Below are positions 1-9,550 of a stretch of 64,000 bases of DNA, piece by piece (the stretch's first letter is position 1; every line of letters begins with the position of its first letter). This stretch comes from Mesorhizobium sp. (GTDB taxonomy: Bacteria; Pseudomonadota; Alphaproteobacteria; Rhizobiales; Rhizobiaceae), in NCBI RefSeq assembly GCF_035944705.1, contig NZ_DASZAX010000011.1. The stretch is one strand, 5' to 3'. A program made the position numbers and the translations under genes. The notes under the pieces were generated by a model. The model was not told the origin of the DNA, did not search any database, and saw only the letters and a program-made list of their open reading frames with translations.

Positions 1-1
1 C

Positions 2-349
2 GCCGGCTACAGGGACTATTCGCCGGATGAGGTGCACATGCTGCGCTTCATCCGGCGCGCGCGCGATCTTGGGTTCTCCGTCGAGCAGATGACAAATCTG
101 CTTGCGCTGTGGAGCGATCGGTCGCGCGCCAGCAGTGACGTGAAGCGCTTTGCGATGGCACATGTCGCCGAGCTGGAGCGCAAGATGCGCGAGCTGCGCG
201 CCATGGCAGAGACGCTCCGGCATCTGGCCAAGACCTGCCACGGCGACGAGCGGCCGAACTGTCCGATCATCGAAGAACTTTCGAGCGGCCATGAAGCGGT
301 TCCGCCCAAACCCAGGCGCGCCGCCGTCAGACGTTATGGCGCGCACTGA
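2..349 (+). CDS. cueR: MerR-family Cu(I)-responsive transcriptional regulator (CueR/HmrR type), 5' end cut by window edge
   Basis: Frame is open from base 2 (AGYRDYSPDEVHMLRFIRRARDLGFS...). It has a MerR dimerisation helix and a C-terminal CHGDERPNC (C-x7-C) metal loop. It lies 39 bp upstream of a multicopper oxidase. Confidence 0.8.
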   Translation, partial: AGYRDYSPDEVHMLRFIRRARDLGFSVEQMTNLLALWSDRSRASSDVKRFAMAHVAELERKMRELRAMAETLRHLAKTCHGDERPNCPIIEELSSGHEAVPPKPRRAAVRRYGAH

Positions 350-387
350 ACCGCAACAATCGAGAACATGAAAACAGGAGTTCCCCC

Positions 388-1905
388 ATGCATCGGCGCA
401 CCTTTCTCACGGCGGGTCTCGCGACGCTTGCTGCTGGCAGCCAGGCATTGGCGCAAATGAAGATGGACGACATGAACGCAATGCCTGGCATGGATCATTC
501 AGCCCACGGCATGCCGGCTGAACCGGCTAAACCTGCTGCATCGCCGACGCTGAAGGAAGGCGAGGCGTTGCGTGAATTGCCCCGGTTGGCCAATGAGAGC
601 ACTGATGCCAGCCTGTTCCGCGCCAGGCTGACGGCAGCGCCGGCGACGGCCCGTTTTGCCGAAGGCGTTGACACGCCCGTGCTCGCCTACAATGGCATGA
701 CACCTGGTCCGCTGATCGAAGCGTTCGAAGGTGATCGCATCGAGATCGACTTCAGCAACGAAATACCCGGCGAGGATAGCACCATCCACTGGCACGGCAT
801 GCCAGTGCCGGCAGACCAGGATGGCAATCCGATGGATCCTGTCGTCGCTGGTGCCATCCGCCGTTATGCATTCGATCTGCCAGCCGGGAGTGCTGCTCCC
901 TACTGGTTCCATCCGCATCCCCACGGCAAGACGGCCGAACAGGTCTATCGTGGGCTGGCCGGTGTCTTCCTGGTCAAGCCCAAGGCCGATCCAGTTCCAG
1001 CTGCCTATGGCGATACTGTGCTTGTCTTCACAGACCTGCGCCTTGCCGCCGATGGGACCATTCCCGAAAATTCGATGATGGATTTGATGAACGGCCGTGT
1101 CGGCGATCATGTTCTGGTCAACGGCCAGAAAAACCCGGCCCTCGATGTGCCGCTTGGCGCCAAACGCCGCTTTCGCCTCTTCAACGCCACCAACGCGCGT
1201 TTCCTGAAACTCTCTTTTGGCGCGGCGGCCATCACCGTGATCGGTACCGATGGCGGTTTGCTGGAGGCTCCAGTTCCGGTCGATGACATATTGCTGACAC
1301 CGGCGGAACGGCTCGACCTGGTGGTGTCGTTCGACAAGCCAGGTGCCATGCGGCTGGAAACACTGGCCTATGATCGTGGCTGGATGGGGCCGGGCAAGCC
1401 GGATGATGCCGGTCTGGCATTGCTGACGGTCAACGTTTCGGACACCGCCGGTGATGCCATGCCGCCGCTGCCCGAAAAGCTGCGTACCATTGCGGCGCTC
1501 GGCGACCCGACAATCAACCGCCGTTTCGTCTTTACCGAGAAGATGGGCATGGGAGCCAGCGGCATGGAAATGGGCTTTTTCATCAATGACGTGGCCTTTG
1601 ACATGAAACGTGTCGACATCGTTGCCAAAGCCGGTGACGTCGAACTGTGGGAAGTGATCAACAAGGCTGACATGGACCACCCGTTCCATGTTCATGGCAC
1701 GCAGTTCCAGGTGATCGAGCATGAGCGCGACGGCAAGGTGACGCCACCCGCCTATCGGGCCTGGAAGGACACCGTAAACGTGGCACGGGGGGAAACCGTA
1801 AGGCTGGTGTTGAAGCAGGATCTGCCGGGCCAGCGTATGTATCATTGCCATATTCTCGAGCACGAGCAGCTTGGCATGATGGGCATTGTCGACGTAACAG
1901 TCTGA
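388..1905 (+). CDS. Tat-exported multicopper oxidase (CueO/CopA-like)
   Basis: Twin-arginine signal MHRRTFLTAGLATLAAG. Met/His-rich stretch MKMDDMNAMPGMDHSAHGMP. Copper-ligand motifs HWHGM, HPHPHG, HPFHVHG and HCHILEHEQLGMM. Confidence 0.9.
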   Translation: MHRRTFLTAGLATLAAGSQALAQMKMDDMNAMPGMDHSAHGMPAEPAKPAASPTLKEGEALRELPRLANESTDASLFRARLTAAPATARFAEGVDTPVLAYNGMTPGPLIEAFEGDRIEIDFSNEIPGEDSTIHWHGMPVPADQDGNPMDPVVAGAIRRYAFDLPAGSAAPYWFHPHPHGKTAEQVYRGLAGVFLVKPKADPVPAAYGDTVLVFTDLRLAADGTIPENSMMDLMNGRVGDHVLVNGQKNPALDVPLGAKRRFRLFNATNARFLKLSFGAAAITVIGTDGGLLEAPVPVDDILLTPAERLDLVVSFDKPGAMRLETLAYDRGWMGPGKPDDAGLALLTVNVSDTAGDAMPPLPEKLRTIAALGDPTINRRFVFTEKMGMGASGMEMGFFINDVAFDMKRVDIVAKAGDVELWEVINKADMDHPFHVHGTQFQVIEHERDGKVTPPAYRAWKDTVNVARGETVRLVLKQDLPGQRMYHCHILEHEQLGMMGIVDVTV

Positions 1906-1937
1906 GCATGATGGGCGGCGAGTCATATTAGGTTCTG

Positions 1938-2378
1938 ATGGACGTGCTCGCATCTTATGGCGCGTTGTTCGTCAGCGCGTTTCTTGCCGCAACCCTGCTG
2001 CCGGCGTCGTCCGAACTTGTTCTGCTCGGACTGCTGGCCGCCGGTCGTGGCGATCCCGCCCTCCTTCTCGTCGTGGCGACGGTCGGCAATACGGCAGGTT
2101 CGGTCGTGAACTGGGCGATCGGCCGCGGCGTCGAAGTGCTCCATGGCCGTCGCTGGTTTCCTGTGTCTGGCGAGCATTATGAGAAGGCTGGCAGCTTGTT
2201 CCGGCGCTACGGCCTGTGGACGCTTCCTTTCGCCTGGCTGCCGGTCATTGGTGACGCGTTGACGGTCGCTGCAGGTGCGGCACGTGTCAGCCTATGGCGT
2301 TTCGTCGTGCTGGTCGGGTTCGGCAAGGCTGCCCGCTATGCGGCCATCGTTGTCGGGCATGCGTGGGCTACAGGCTGA
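1938..2378 (+). CDS. YqaA/DedA-family (SNARE-associated) inner-membrane protein
   Basis: 146-aa hydrophobic ORF. The N-terminus LLPASSELVLLGLL...GNTAGSVVNWAIGRG is typical of the YqaA subgroup. Confidence 0.7.
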   Translation: MDVLASYGALFVSAFLAATLLPASSELVLLGLLAAGRGDPALLLVVATVGNTAGSVVNWAIGRGVEVLHGRRWFPVSGEHYEKAGSLFRRYGLWTLPFAWLPVIGDALTVAAGAARVSLWRFVVLVGFGKAARYAAIVVGHAWATG

Positions 2379-2406
2379 GGAGTGTGCCGGCATATGTGGC
2401 AGGCGG

Positions 2407-3180
2407 TCAGGCGCCCGCGCTGGTCAGGACGCGCTCAAGTTGCCCCGGCGTGCTGCCAGTGAGGCGTCGACTTTCCCGGACCAGATGCGCCTGATCAGCG
2501 TAGCCGACCTCGACGGCCAGCACCGCCGCTGACGCCTGTGCGCTTCGCGACAGCCGTTGGAAGCGTTGATAGCGCAGGATCCGGTCGAGCGTTTTGGGAC
2601 CGTAGCCGAAGCTTTCGTCGAAACGACGCCTCAGCGTGCGCTCACTCATTGCCAGTGCTCGCCCAAGCCAGGGAATGATAGGGGTATTCGAGGGTGGACC
2701 GGCTTCGATCAGGTGGAATGCAGCTCGCATGGTTTGGTCGGCGGTCTGGCGGCGAGGGGCATCCGCAATGCTCTTTTCGATGGAAGTAATGAGTTCTGCC
2801 AGATTGTCTTGATGGCGGATGTTGGCGCCCAGCTGTCGGCCTTTCCGACCAAGCACGGTCTCGATTGCCAGGCGCTCGCCAAGCAGTTCAGTGGCAGGAA
2901 GGCCGAGCCAGCTTGCTGCCGCTGCCGGCTGGAAGCGGAAGCCGATGACTGTGACACCAGCCGGGATGGTTTCGGTCTGCGGGTCCCTGTCGGGACCGGC
3001 AATGCGAAAATGGCCGTCGATCCACTGCAGATCGATCGTACCGTCGGGTGTCACGATGACAGGCGGGGCTTCAGCTTCCGGCATCTGGTGAGCCCAGACG
3101 GCCGAGAACCAGTCGCGCAGGAGAGGCGCAACCGGACGTTCATGATAGTAGCCGGTCGCCTGCGCGGGCACCGCCTGCAT
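2407..3180 (-). CDS. AraC-family transcriptional regulator
   Basis: C-terminal AraC HTH (...VGYADQAHLVRESRRLTGSTPGQL). The ORF is open to 3252, but I placed the start at the internal Met (MQAVPAQATGYYHERP...). Confidence 0.75.
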   Translation of the reverse strand: MQAVPAQATGYYHERPVAPLLRDWFSAVWAHQMPEAEAPPVIVTPDGTIDLQWIDGHFRIAGPDRDPQTETIPAGVTVIGFRFQPAAAASWLGLPATELLGERLAIETVLGRKGRQLGANIRHQDNLAELITSIEKSIADAPRRQTADQTMRAAFHLIEAGPPSNTPIIPWLGRALAMSERTLRRRFDESFGYGPKTLDRILRYQRFQRLSRSAQASAAVLAVEVGYADQAHLVRESRRLTGSTPGQLERVLTSAGA

Positions 3181-3383
3181 GATGATCTCCCTGGCCTTCC
3201 ACATTGGCCGATCTCGTTTGCAACAGGTACGCGCGGCAGCGTCGAGGTTCAACCGGCTGGCCGCGGCAAACAGCGAGATTGGCCGAAATGTTCAAGCAAT
3301 GAAGTTCATTTGGGCTCAGATAGGACAGGCGGCTGACCTGGTGTCTGCCGATATCGTCAGACAGTTTTGGAAAGGTCAGAACC

Positions 3384-3806
3384 ATGAAACCGAGGATCAG
3401 TGTCATAACGCTCGGCGTTGATGATCTCGAGGCATCGCTCAAATTCTATCGCGACGGGCTGGGGCTGCAGACGGAAGGCATCATCGGTACCGAGTTCGAG
3501 CACGGCGCCGTTGTTTTCTTCGATCTGCAGAGCGGGTTGAAATTCGCACTTTTTGCGCGAGACGACATTGCTCATGATGCAGGAATAACGAAGACCGGGC
3601 GCAGCCCGACGGAATTGACGATTGGCCACAACGTGACGACGGAAGCGGAAGTCGATGCGGTGATGGAAAAGGCAATCACCGCCGGCGCTCGACTGGTCAA
3701 GCCTGCGCAGAAGACCTTCTGGGGCGGTTATGCCGGCTACTTCCAGGATCCGGACGATCACCTCTGGGAAATCGTCTACAATCCGGCCTTCCTTCCCGAG
3801 GAATGA
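3384..3806 (+). CDS. VOC/glyoxalase-family protein
   Basis: 140 aa. It starts MKPRISVITLGVDDLEASLKFYRDGLGL and ends ...DPDDHLWEIVYNP, typical of a glyoxalase/bleomycin-resistance fold. Confidence 0.8.
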   Translation: MKPRISVITLGVDDLEASLKFYRDGLGLQTEGIIGTEFEHGAVVFFDLQSGLKFALFARDDIAHDAGITKTGRSPTELTIGHNVTTEAEVDAVMEKAITAGARLVKPAQKTFWGGYAGYFQDPDDHLWEIVYNPAFLPEE

Positions 3807-3854
3807 TGTCAACGGACATTTCTGGCGGGGACGGTTCGCGGCAAAAGCGCAGGG

Positions 3855-4925
3855 TCACTCGGAGCTGTTGCCGCGATTCCAATAGGACACCACCAGGTGC
3901 TGTTCTTTCTTCAGGCCGAGTTCGCCACGGCAATGGCTGCGGATCTGCCGAAATGCGGCGAATTCGCAGCCGGCCCAGATGTATACCGATGATCCATCAT
4001 CCGGAAGAATGCTGCTTCGCACGGCGTCGATCAGCAGCGACGTCGTGCCTGCGGCGGCACCGTTGCGATAAAGCCAGGTCACCTCGATGCCGGCCGGGAA
4101 CTTGAGCTGCTGGGCTTCGCTTTTGTCAGCGACTTCGATGAATGCCTTGCCACGCGCTTGCGCGGGAAGGCATTCCAGCATGCGGGCAATGGCGGGCAGG
4201 GCAGTCTCGTCCCCCGCAAAGAGATACCAGTCGGCATCGACAAGGCCGCCCCCGCCTGGGCCGACGACACCGATTTCGGCGCCGATTTGTGTGGTCTCGG
4301 CGAGTGCCGATCCGGGGCCGGCATCGGTGTGGAGCACGAAGTCGATGTCGAGCCTGCCTGCGGCGACATCGAGTGAGCGCACGGTGTATTTTCGAAAGCT
4401 CGGGCGTCTCGCCGGATCTTCCCATTGGGCCAGTCCGTTGCCGCCGACCGTCGGCCATTGCGGTGCCGCGAGGCCGGGATGCTGGCACAGGACGTTGAGA
4501 TGCAGCGCATTCATTCCCGCGAAGCGGGCTACGTTGTCGCCGCGAAAGGAGATGCGGCGCATATGCGGCGTGATGTCTTGTACATTGGCTACGCGCAGGA
4601 TCTGGAAATTCGGCGGGCGCGCCAATTCGCCACCGTCGCCGCGCCAGACGATGGTGGGAGCGGCGGGCTCGGCGAATTCCAGGATATGAGAGGCGACGGC
4701 AACCCGCACGAAATAGAGGCTCTCCAGGCTGTCAGCTTCGACATCCACCAATGTCCCGTCATCGGTCGGGCTGAATCGCGCACGTGCGCCGGAGAATTCG
4801 AGAATGCGGGCACCATCCTCGATGCGCGAGACGCCGCCATGTTCGAGCATGTGTTCGCAGACCGGTGCGATGATCGCCTCCGGATCCGACAACGCCACAC
4901 GGGTCTGGGCAGAAAATGTCATCAT
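3855..4925 (-). CDS. Siderophore-interacting (ferric-reductase, ViuB/YqjH-like) protein with an N-terminal DUF2218-like domain
   Basis: The C-terminal two-thirds carry SIP/FAD-binding-9 signatures (FRKYTVRS..., WYLFAGDETALPAI, VYIWAGCEFAAFRQIR). The first ~95 aa resemble DUF2218. Start at Met 4925 (ORF open to 4961). Confidence 0.8.
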   Translation of the reverse strand: MMTFSAQTRVALSDPEAIIAPVCEHMLEHGGVSRIEDGARILEFSGARARFSPTDDGTLVDVEADSLESLYFVRVAVASHILEFAEPAAPTIVWRGDGGELARPPNFQILRVANVQDITPHMRRISFRGDNVARFAGMNALHLNVLCQHPGLAAPQWPTVGGNGLAQWEDPARRPSFRKYTVRSLDVAAGRLDIDFVLHTDAGPGSALAETTQIGAEIGVVGPGGGGLVDADWYLFAGDETALPAIARMLECLPAQARGKAFIEVADKSEAQQLKFPAGIEVTWLYRNGAAAGTTSLLIDAVRSSILPDDGSSVYIWAGCEFAAFRQIRSHCRGELGLKKEQHLVVSYWNRGNSSE

Positions 4926-4998
4926 GATCAAAACCTTGCGTTCAAGCTTGGGTCGCGTCATGCGCCTTCTAACGCTGCGGGATGCTCAGCTGGACGCC

Positions 4999-6177
4999 TC
5001 ATTGCGGGGCTGCTGCGGCATCTTCCTTCAAACCGATCCAGAATGTGCCTTCGAGCGGTATGGCCATGAAACGCTCGTTGATCTCCGCCAGAGTGCGGTC
5101 CGGATCGAGATCGCTGAAGAGCTCCGGATGCAGCCATTTGGCGAAGCATTCGAAAACGAGAAAGCTCAGGGCCGAGATCGAGAGCTGATGCGACACGGCG
5201 TAAGCGCGTCCGTTGCGCACCGCCGTCAGCTCGCCGCGGAAATCGCGACCGATCGCTGTGCGCAGCGCAGCTTGGGCCGACTGTGCACTCACCCCGCCTC
5301 CAACCACCAGGCCGCCTTGTGCGGCAAGGTGCGGGCCGCCGGTCGCGATATAGACCTTGGGGTCTATGCCGAGGACGAACTCGGCGCTGAGCTGCCCGTC
5401 ATAGCCGGGAACATCGGCGCCGATGCTGTGTCCGCCAGCCATTTCGACGGCTTCGGTCATCCGGTTGCTTGCGCCTGGCGACGAACAGCAGACGGCACCA
5501 GCGTGAGCGTCGATCAATACGCTAGGCCGATCTTTCGCGTCCTTCAGTCGTTCTTCGATCAGACGGTAACGCTCCTTGACGAACCCGGCATATTCACCGG
5601 CTTTCGCATCGCAACCAATCGCCTTGCCAAGCAAGGTCATCGAAAAGGCGGTTACATCAGCCGGGCTGAGCGTGCTGTTCCTGGGGCTGTCCAGGAAGAT
5701 CGTCGGGACACCCGCGGATTTCAGGATCTCGACGATGTCATTCCAGCCGGGGTCCCAGATGCTGACGACGAAGATATCTGGACGCGCGCTGAGGATCGCT
5801 TCTGCGGAGCTCTTGGTGGGCAATACGCCGCCGACCTCGGGAATGTCCATGGCCTGCGGGAACCGCTTGCGGAAAGCGGCCAGGACACCGCTGTCGAGGC
5901 GTCTGGGGGCAGCCCATCCCACGATTTTCGCGGCCGGGTCGGCGTCGATCAACGCCAGAGAAAGCAGAAGCAGGCTCTCGTTCGTCACGATCCGCGTTGC
6001 CGGTTTTTCCAGCCTCACCTCGCGACCGGCTGCATCGATGAGAATGATCTCGGCATGGGCCGACCGCCAGCCGAAGCTGCTGAACAGCAACGCCAGGCCG
6101 AGCATCAGGATCGCGGGGCGCAACGCCGCCAAAGGGGAGCGCGTTCCTCGGATATCTCGGTCGGACATCATCACCAT
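4999..6177 (-). CDS. Periplasmic iron-siderophore ABC substrate-binding protein (Peripla_BP_2 type)
   Basis: 392-aa ORF with a signal peptide (LMLGLALLFSSFGWRSAHA). It overlaps the stop of the upstream receptor fragment by 7 nt, which is an operon arrangement. Confidence 0.8.
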   Translation of the reverse strand: MVMMSDRDIRGTRSPLAALRPAILMLGLALLFSSFGWRSAHAEIILIDAAGREVRLEKPATRIVTNESLLLLSLALIDADPAAKIVGWAAPRRLDSGVLAAFRKRFPQAMDIPEVGGVLPTKSSAEAILSARPDIFVVSIWDPGWNDIVEILKSAGVPTIFLDSPRNSTLSPADVTAFSMTLLGKAIGCDAKAGEYAGFVKERYRLIEERLKDAKDRPSVLIDAHAGAVCCSSPGASNRMTEAVEMAGGHSIGADVPGYDGQLSAEFVLGIDPKVYIATGGPHLAAQGGLVVGGGVSAQSAQAALRTAIGRDFRGELTAVRNGRAYAVSHQLSISALSFLVFECFAKWLHPELFSDLDPDRTLAEINERFMAIPLEGTFWIGLKEDAAAAPQ

Positions 6178-7043
6178 GTGTAGTTGATGCCTGCGGTGAT
6201 CGTCCGTCCGGCACCGTAATTGCAGCTGCCGCCGGTCAGGTTCAGGCAGTGCGAGACATACTTTTTGTCGAACAGATTGCTGACATTGACCTGCAGCTTG
6301 GTGCCCTCGAACGTTTTGTCGATTGCCCCGAAGTCATATTCCGCGCCGATATCGACGAGGGTTCGGGCCGGGATACGCAGCTGCGCCAGGTAGGTGCTGT
6401 CGGTCTGGTAGGACGACGTGGCGCGCACGCCCGCACTGAGGGCAAGGCCCGGCACATAAGTCGGCCGGTAGATCGCCCACAGGCTGGCCTGGTGCTCTGG
6501 CAGCCTGAGCATTTCGCGGCCGACTTCGACCGGTCTGTTCGAGCGCAGCACTTCCGAATGCGAATAGGCATAGGCCGCCAGTACGTCGAGTTCAGGCGTG
6601 AGCTCCATCTTGCCTTCGAGTTCGACGCCGCGCACGCGCTGCTTGCCCGCCTGGACGGAGAAACGCGAGTCTTTAGGGTCGGGGGTCAGCGCATTCTCAA
6701 GCGTCAGGTCGAACACCGACAGGCCAATCATGCCGCGCGCGCCCACCGGTTCGTATTTGATGCCGACCTCGAACTGCTGGGCGGTCTGCGCGCGGAAGGG
6801 GTTGTTCGCCTTGTCCGTTCCCAGGGTCGGCAGGAACGATGTGGTGTAGCTGGCATAGGGCGCCAGCCCATTGTCGAAGAGGTAGGTGAGGCCGGCGCGC
6901 CAGGTCAGCTGATTGTCGTCGGTCTTGACCGGTTGTGCGTTCGCCAGCATGCGGTTCGTGCTTTCGACCTTGGATCTGTCATAGCGCAATCCGAACGTTC
7001 CGACCCAGCGGTCGTAACGAAGGCGAGGCTCGAGGCCGAAGAG
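6171..7043 (-). pseudogene. TonB-dependent siderophore receptor, C-terminal ~285 codons only (N-terminal plug and most of the barrel missing)
   Basis: Typical barrel strands and terminal aromatic (...RLRYDRWVGTFGLRYDRSKVES...GRTITAGINYTW). The frame has a stop at 7080-7082, no plausible start and no TonB box. The upstream sequence belongs to a different gene. Confidence 0.75.
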
Positions 7044-8494
7044 TCGGCGATGGCAGAACGGATGATGGCCTGATCCTGCTCATTGGAGAGGCGCATGGCG
7101 AAGAATGTCGAACACTGCGACAAGATGGTCGGGTCGAGTTCGCCCGGGCGCTGGGTAACGACGCCGAGATAGCAGCCGTACTTTCGGCCCTCCTTGGCGA
7201 TGCGCGACAGGGCATGCCGGGTCGGCTCGAAGCCAAGGCGCGGGTCGGCGGGCATGTAGCGATGCGCCTCTTCGCACAGGAACAGCAATCGCAGTTTTCC
7301 CTCGCTCCACAGAGCAAGGTCGAAGGCAAGGCGTGCGAGAACCGAGCACACCGAGTTGACGACTTCGGATGGCAGGCCGGCCATTTCGAAGCAGGTCACC
7401 GGACGGCCGTGATGCGGTACGCGGAAGATGTTGCCGATCGTCTCGTGGATCGTGTCGTCGATCAGGCGCGAATTGAACATGAAACGATAGCGAGGGTCGG
7501 CGGCTGCCGACTCGATGCGTATGCGCAGCGACTTCAGTGTCGGCCTCTCGGCTTTGCTTTCGAGCAAGCCCATGCGTTCGTCGATCTGCTTGAGGAGATC
7601 GGCAATACGATAGGGTACCGGCGTGTCGGCGGTCATGGTGTCGGCGCCGCGGCGTACAAAGCTGGTGCCGCCGGCGTTGCGGTAGAGGTTCTTGGCGACA
7701 GGGATCAAGTCGCGCAGCAGGTCGACCTCTTCGGGTGGTGCCTCGCGGCCCCGGAAGACGACTTCCGCAAATTCTTCCAGTTTGAAGATCCAGAATGGCA
7801 GATCGAGTGTCGTGGCGTCGACCTTGACGCATTGATCCTGCAGCGACGCCGCGAACTCGTTGTGCGGGTCGAGGATCAGCACCCGAAGATCCGGCCTGGC
7901 GGCGATGGCCTTGCGCAGGAGCAGGGAAACCGCAGTCGATTTGCCGACACCCGTGGTGCCGACAACGGCGAAATGTCGGGACAATGTGTCGTCGATGGCG
8001 ATGTTGGCAGAGATTGCCTCATCCTGCGACAAAGCGCCGACGGTGATGGCACGACGACCGGCAAGGTCGTAGACCGCAGCAAGATCGCGGCTGCGGATGC
8101 GATGGGCGATTGCGCCAATGTGCGGATAGATGGTGATGCCACGGTCGAATACCGGTTTTGCGGCCGGCTCCGCGCCGTCGCGCACTTCGCCCACCAGTTC
8201 GATGTTGACCTCGATCGGATTCTGACCGCTGTCGTTCCAGGCGAGATCTGATTTACAGATGGCGTAGACCAGGCCGACGGTGCGTGTGCTGCCAAGATTG
8301 ATCGAGATCATCTTGCCGACGGACCAGTGGCCGGTGGCAAGACCCTCCTCGCCATCGGCGAAAGCGCTGATGGTGGCGCGGGCACCGTCGCAGCGTACGA
8401 CATGGCCAAGGATGCGCTTGTCGGTCTGGGTCGCATCCCGCCGCTCTTGCGATATCGGCTCGCCACCGGAAACTGCGCGTTCGACAAACATCAA
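6905..8494 (-). CDS. HerA/DUF87-type P-loop ATPase, 3' end replaced by out-of-frame receptor sequence (possibly a pseudogene)
   Basis: N-terminal barrel-like domain. Walker A VVGTTGVGKST, Walker B RLLFLCEEAHRY, then GVVTQRPGELDPTILSQCSTFFAMRLSNEQDQ. The last ~35 codons (VTTAGSERSDCAMTDPRSK...) overlap the TBDR fragment in another frame. Confidence 0.75.
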   Translation of the reverse strand: MMFVERAVSGGEPISQERRDATQTDKRILGHVVRCDGARATISAFADGEEGLATGHWSVGKMISINLGSTRTVGLVYAICKSDLAWNDSGQNPIEVNIELVGEVRDGAEPAAKPVFDRGITIYPHIGAIAHRIRSRDLAAVYDLAGRRAITVGALSQDEAISANIAIDDTLSRHFAVVGTTGVGKSTAVSLLLRKAIAARPDLRVLILDPHNEFAASLQDQCVKVDATTLDLPFWIFKLEEFAEVVFRGREAPPEEVDLLRDLIPVAKNLYRNAGGTSFVRRGADTMTADTPVPYRIADLLKQIDERMGLLESKAERPTLKSLRIRIESAAADPRYRFMFNSRLIDDTIHETIGNIFRVPHHGRPVTCFEMAGLPSEVVNSVCSVLARLAFDLALWSEGKLRLLFLCEEAHRYMPADPRLGFEPTRHALSRIAKEGRKYGCYLGVVTQRPGELDPTILSQCSTFFAMRLSNEQDQAIIRSAIADSSASSLAFVTTAGSERSDCAMTDPRSKARTACWRTHNRSRPTTIS

Positions 8495-8649
8495 CGAATG
8501 GGGTCCCCACTACCTTCGCGGATGCTAATCAATCTCGGTTAAGGTCGTGTGTGAGCGGATGGTATAGAGGCGGTTAAAACACCTGCGACAATTTGAACAA
8601 TCCGCGAGAAGTCCCTTTCACAACAGCAATCATATGATATCTTGGACGC

Positions 8650-9216
8650 ATGTCTGATATATCGGATGATCTTTCGTCGAGAATTGCCGCTCGCATCCGC
8701 GCTGAGCGCGTGGCGAGGAGCTGGTCGCTGGCAGAGCTTGCCGACCGGTCCGGCGTATCGAAAGCGATGCTGAGTTCCATCGAACGAGGCTCGGCCAGCC
8801 CGACCGCGCCGATCCTTGTGCGCATTGCGACTGCATTCGAGCTGACGCTTTCCAGCTTGATCGCCCGCGCCGAGCTGCAGGGTGGCAGCATTGCGAGGCG
8901 CAAAGACCAACCGGAATGGCGCGACCCCGGTACCGGCTACGTCCGCCGGCACCTGTCGCCACAGACCGACATGCCGCTGGAAATGGTGCAGGTTGAACTC
9001 CCCGCAGGTGCACGGGTCAGTCTGCCGGCGAGCAGCTATGCCTTCATCCGTCAGCAGATCTGGCTGATGGAGGGACGGCTCGATTTCACCGAGGGCGAGG
9101 TGGTGCACAAACTGGAGCCGGGCGATTGCCTTGCGCTTGGCGCACCGGCTGACTGCGTTTTCCACGCACCTGGGCCGGGACCTGCTCGCTATCTTACCGT
9201 GCTCATCAGGACGTGA
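8650..9216 (+). CDS. XRE-family HTH regulator with C-terminal cupin domain
   Basis: N-terminal HTH (RIRAERVARSWSLAELADRSGVSKAMLSSIERG). C-terminal cupin-like beta region (GRLDFTEGEVVHKLEPGDCLALG). Confidence 0.85.
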   Translation: MSDISDDLSSRIAARIRAERVARSWSLAELADRSGVSKAMLSSIERGSASPTAPILVRIATAFELTLSSLIARAELQGGSIARRKDQPEWRDPGTGYVRRHLSPQTDMPLEMVQVELPAGARVSLPASSYAFIRQQIWLMEGRLDFTEGEVVHKLEPGDCLALGAPADCVFHAPGPGPARYLTVLIRT

Positions 9217-9527
9217 TCATGCCACGGATGCCGAAGCGAAATCACAATGGCGGACCGCCGCTCGACGACTACAAGGGGCCGGCCTGGGGCAAGGGGGATC
9301 CGCATCGCTTTATCCATTGGCGCAGCGCTCAAAAGGCCGCCTGGAAACCCAAATCGCGCGATATCGCGCTGTTTCGACTGGCCAAGGCCGAAGCGGTCGG
9401 GCTGACCTATGAAGAATATACGCTGGAATTGCTGGAACGCGGCCGGCACCTCAATGCCGACGACGGTGGGCGTGTCGACGAGATCAAGCGCTCGCGCAAA
9501 CGCCGCCGTTTCAGCCATTTCGACTGA
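9213..9527 (+). CDS. Hypothetical basic protein (104 aa)
   Basis: The start overlaps the stop of the XRE-cupin gene (GTGA). GC3-rich codon usage. No family recognised. Confidence 0.5.
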   Translation: MIMPRMPKRNHNGGPPLDDYKGPAWGKGDPHRFIHWRSAQKAAWKPKSRDIALFRLAKAEAVGLTYEEYTLELLERGRHLNADDGGRVDEIKRSRKRRRFSHFD

Positions 9528-9550
9528 GCTTTTCACCTGAAAAAACGACG

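Noticed and set aside
499-1953. 484-aa ORF antisense to the multicopper oxidase
   Set aside because: A mirror ORF typical of high-GC DNA. It is Arg/Gly/His/Ala-rich with no motifs, while the plus strand carries a Tat signal and all copper-ligand motifs.
6935-8251. 438-aa plus-strand ORF across the HerA-like gene
   Set aside because: Antisense shadow ORF. The minus strand has clear Walker A/B motifs and HerA-like organisation.
8539-9165. 208-aa minus-strand ORF, considered as a possible upstream partner (nuclease/NurA-like) of the HerA-like ATPase
   Set aside because: It lies entirely antisense to a well-supported XRE-cupin gene and has low-complexity Arg/Ala/Gly composition with no nuclease motifs. 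The HerA gene therefore appears monocistronic.
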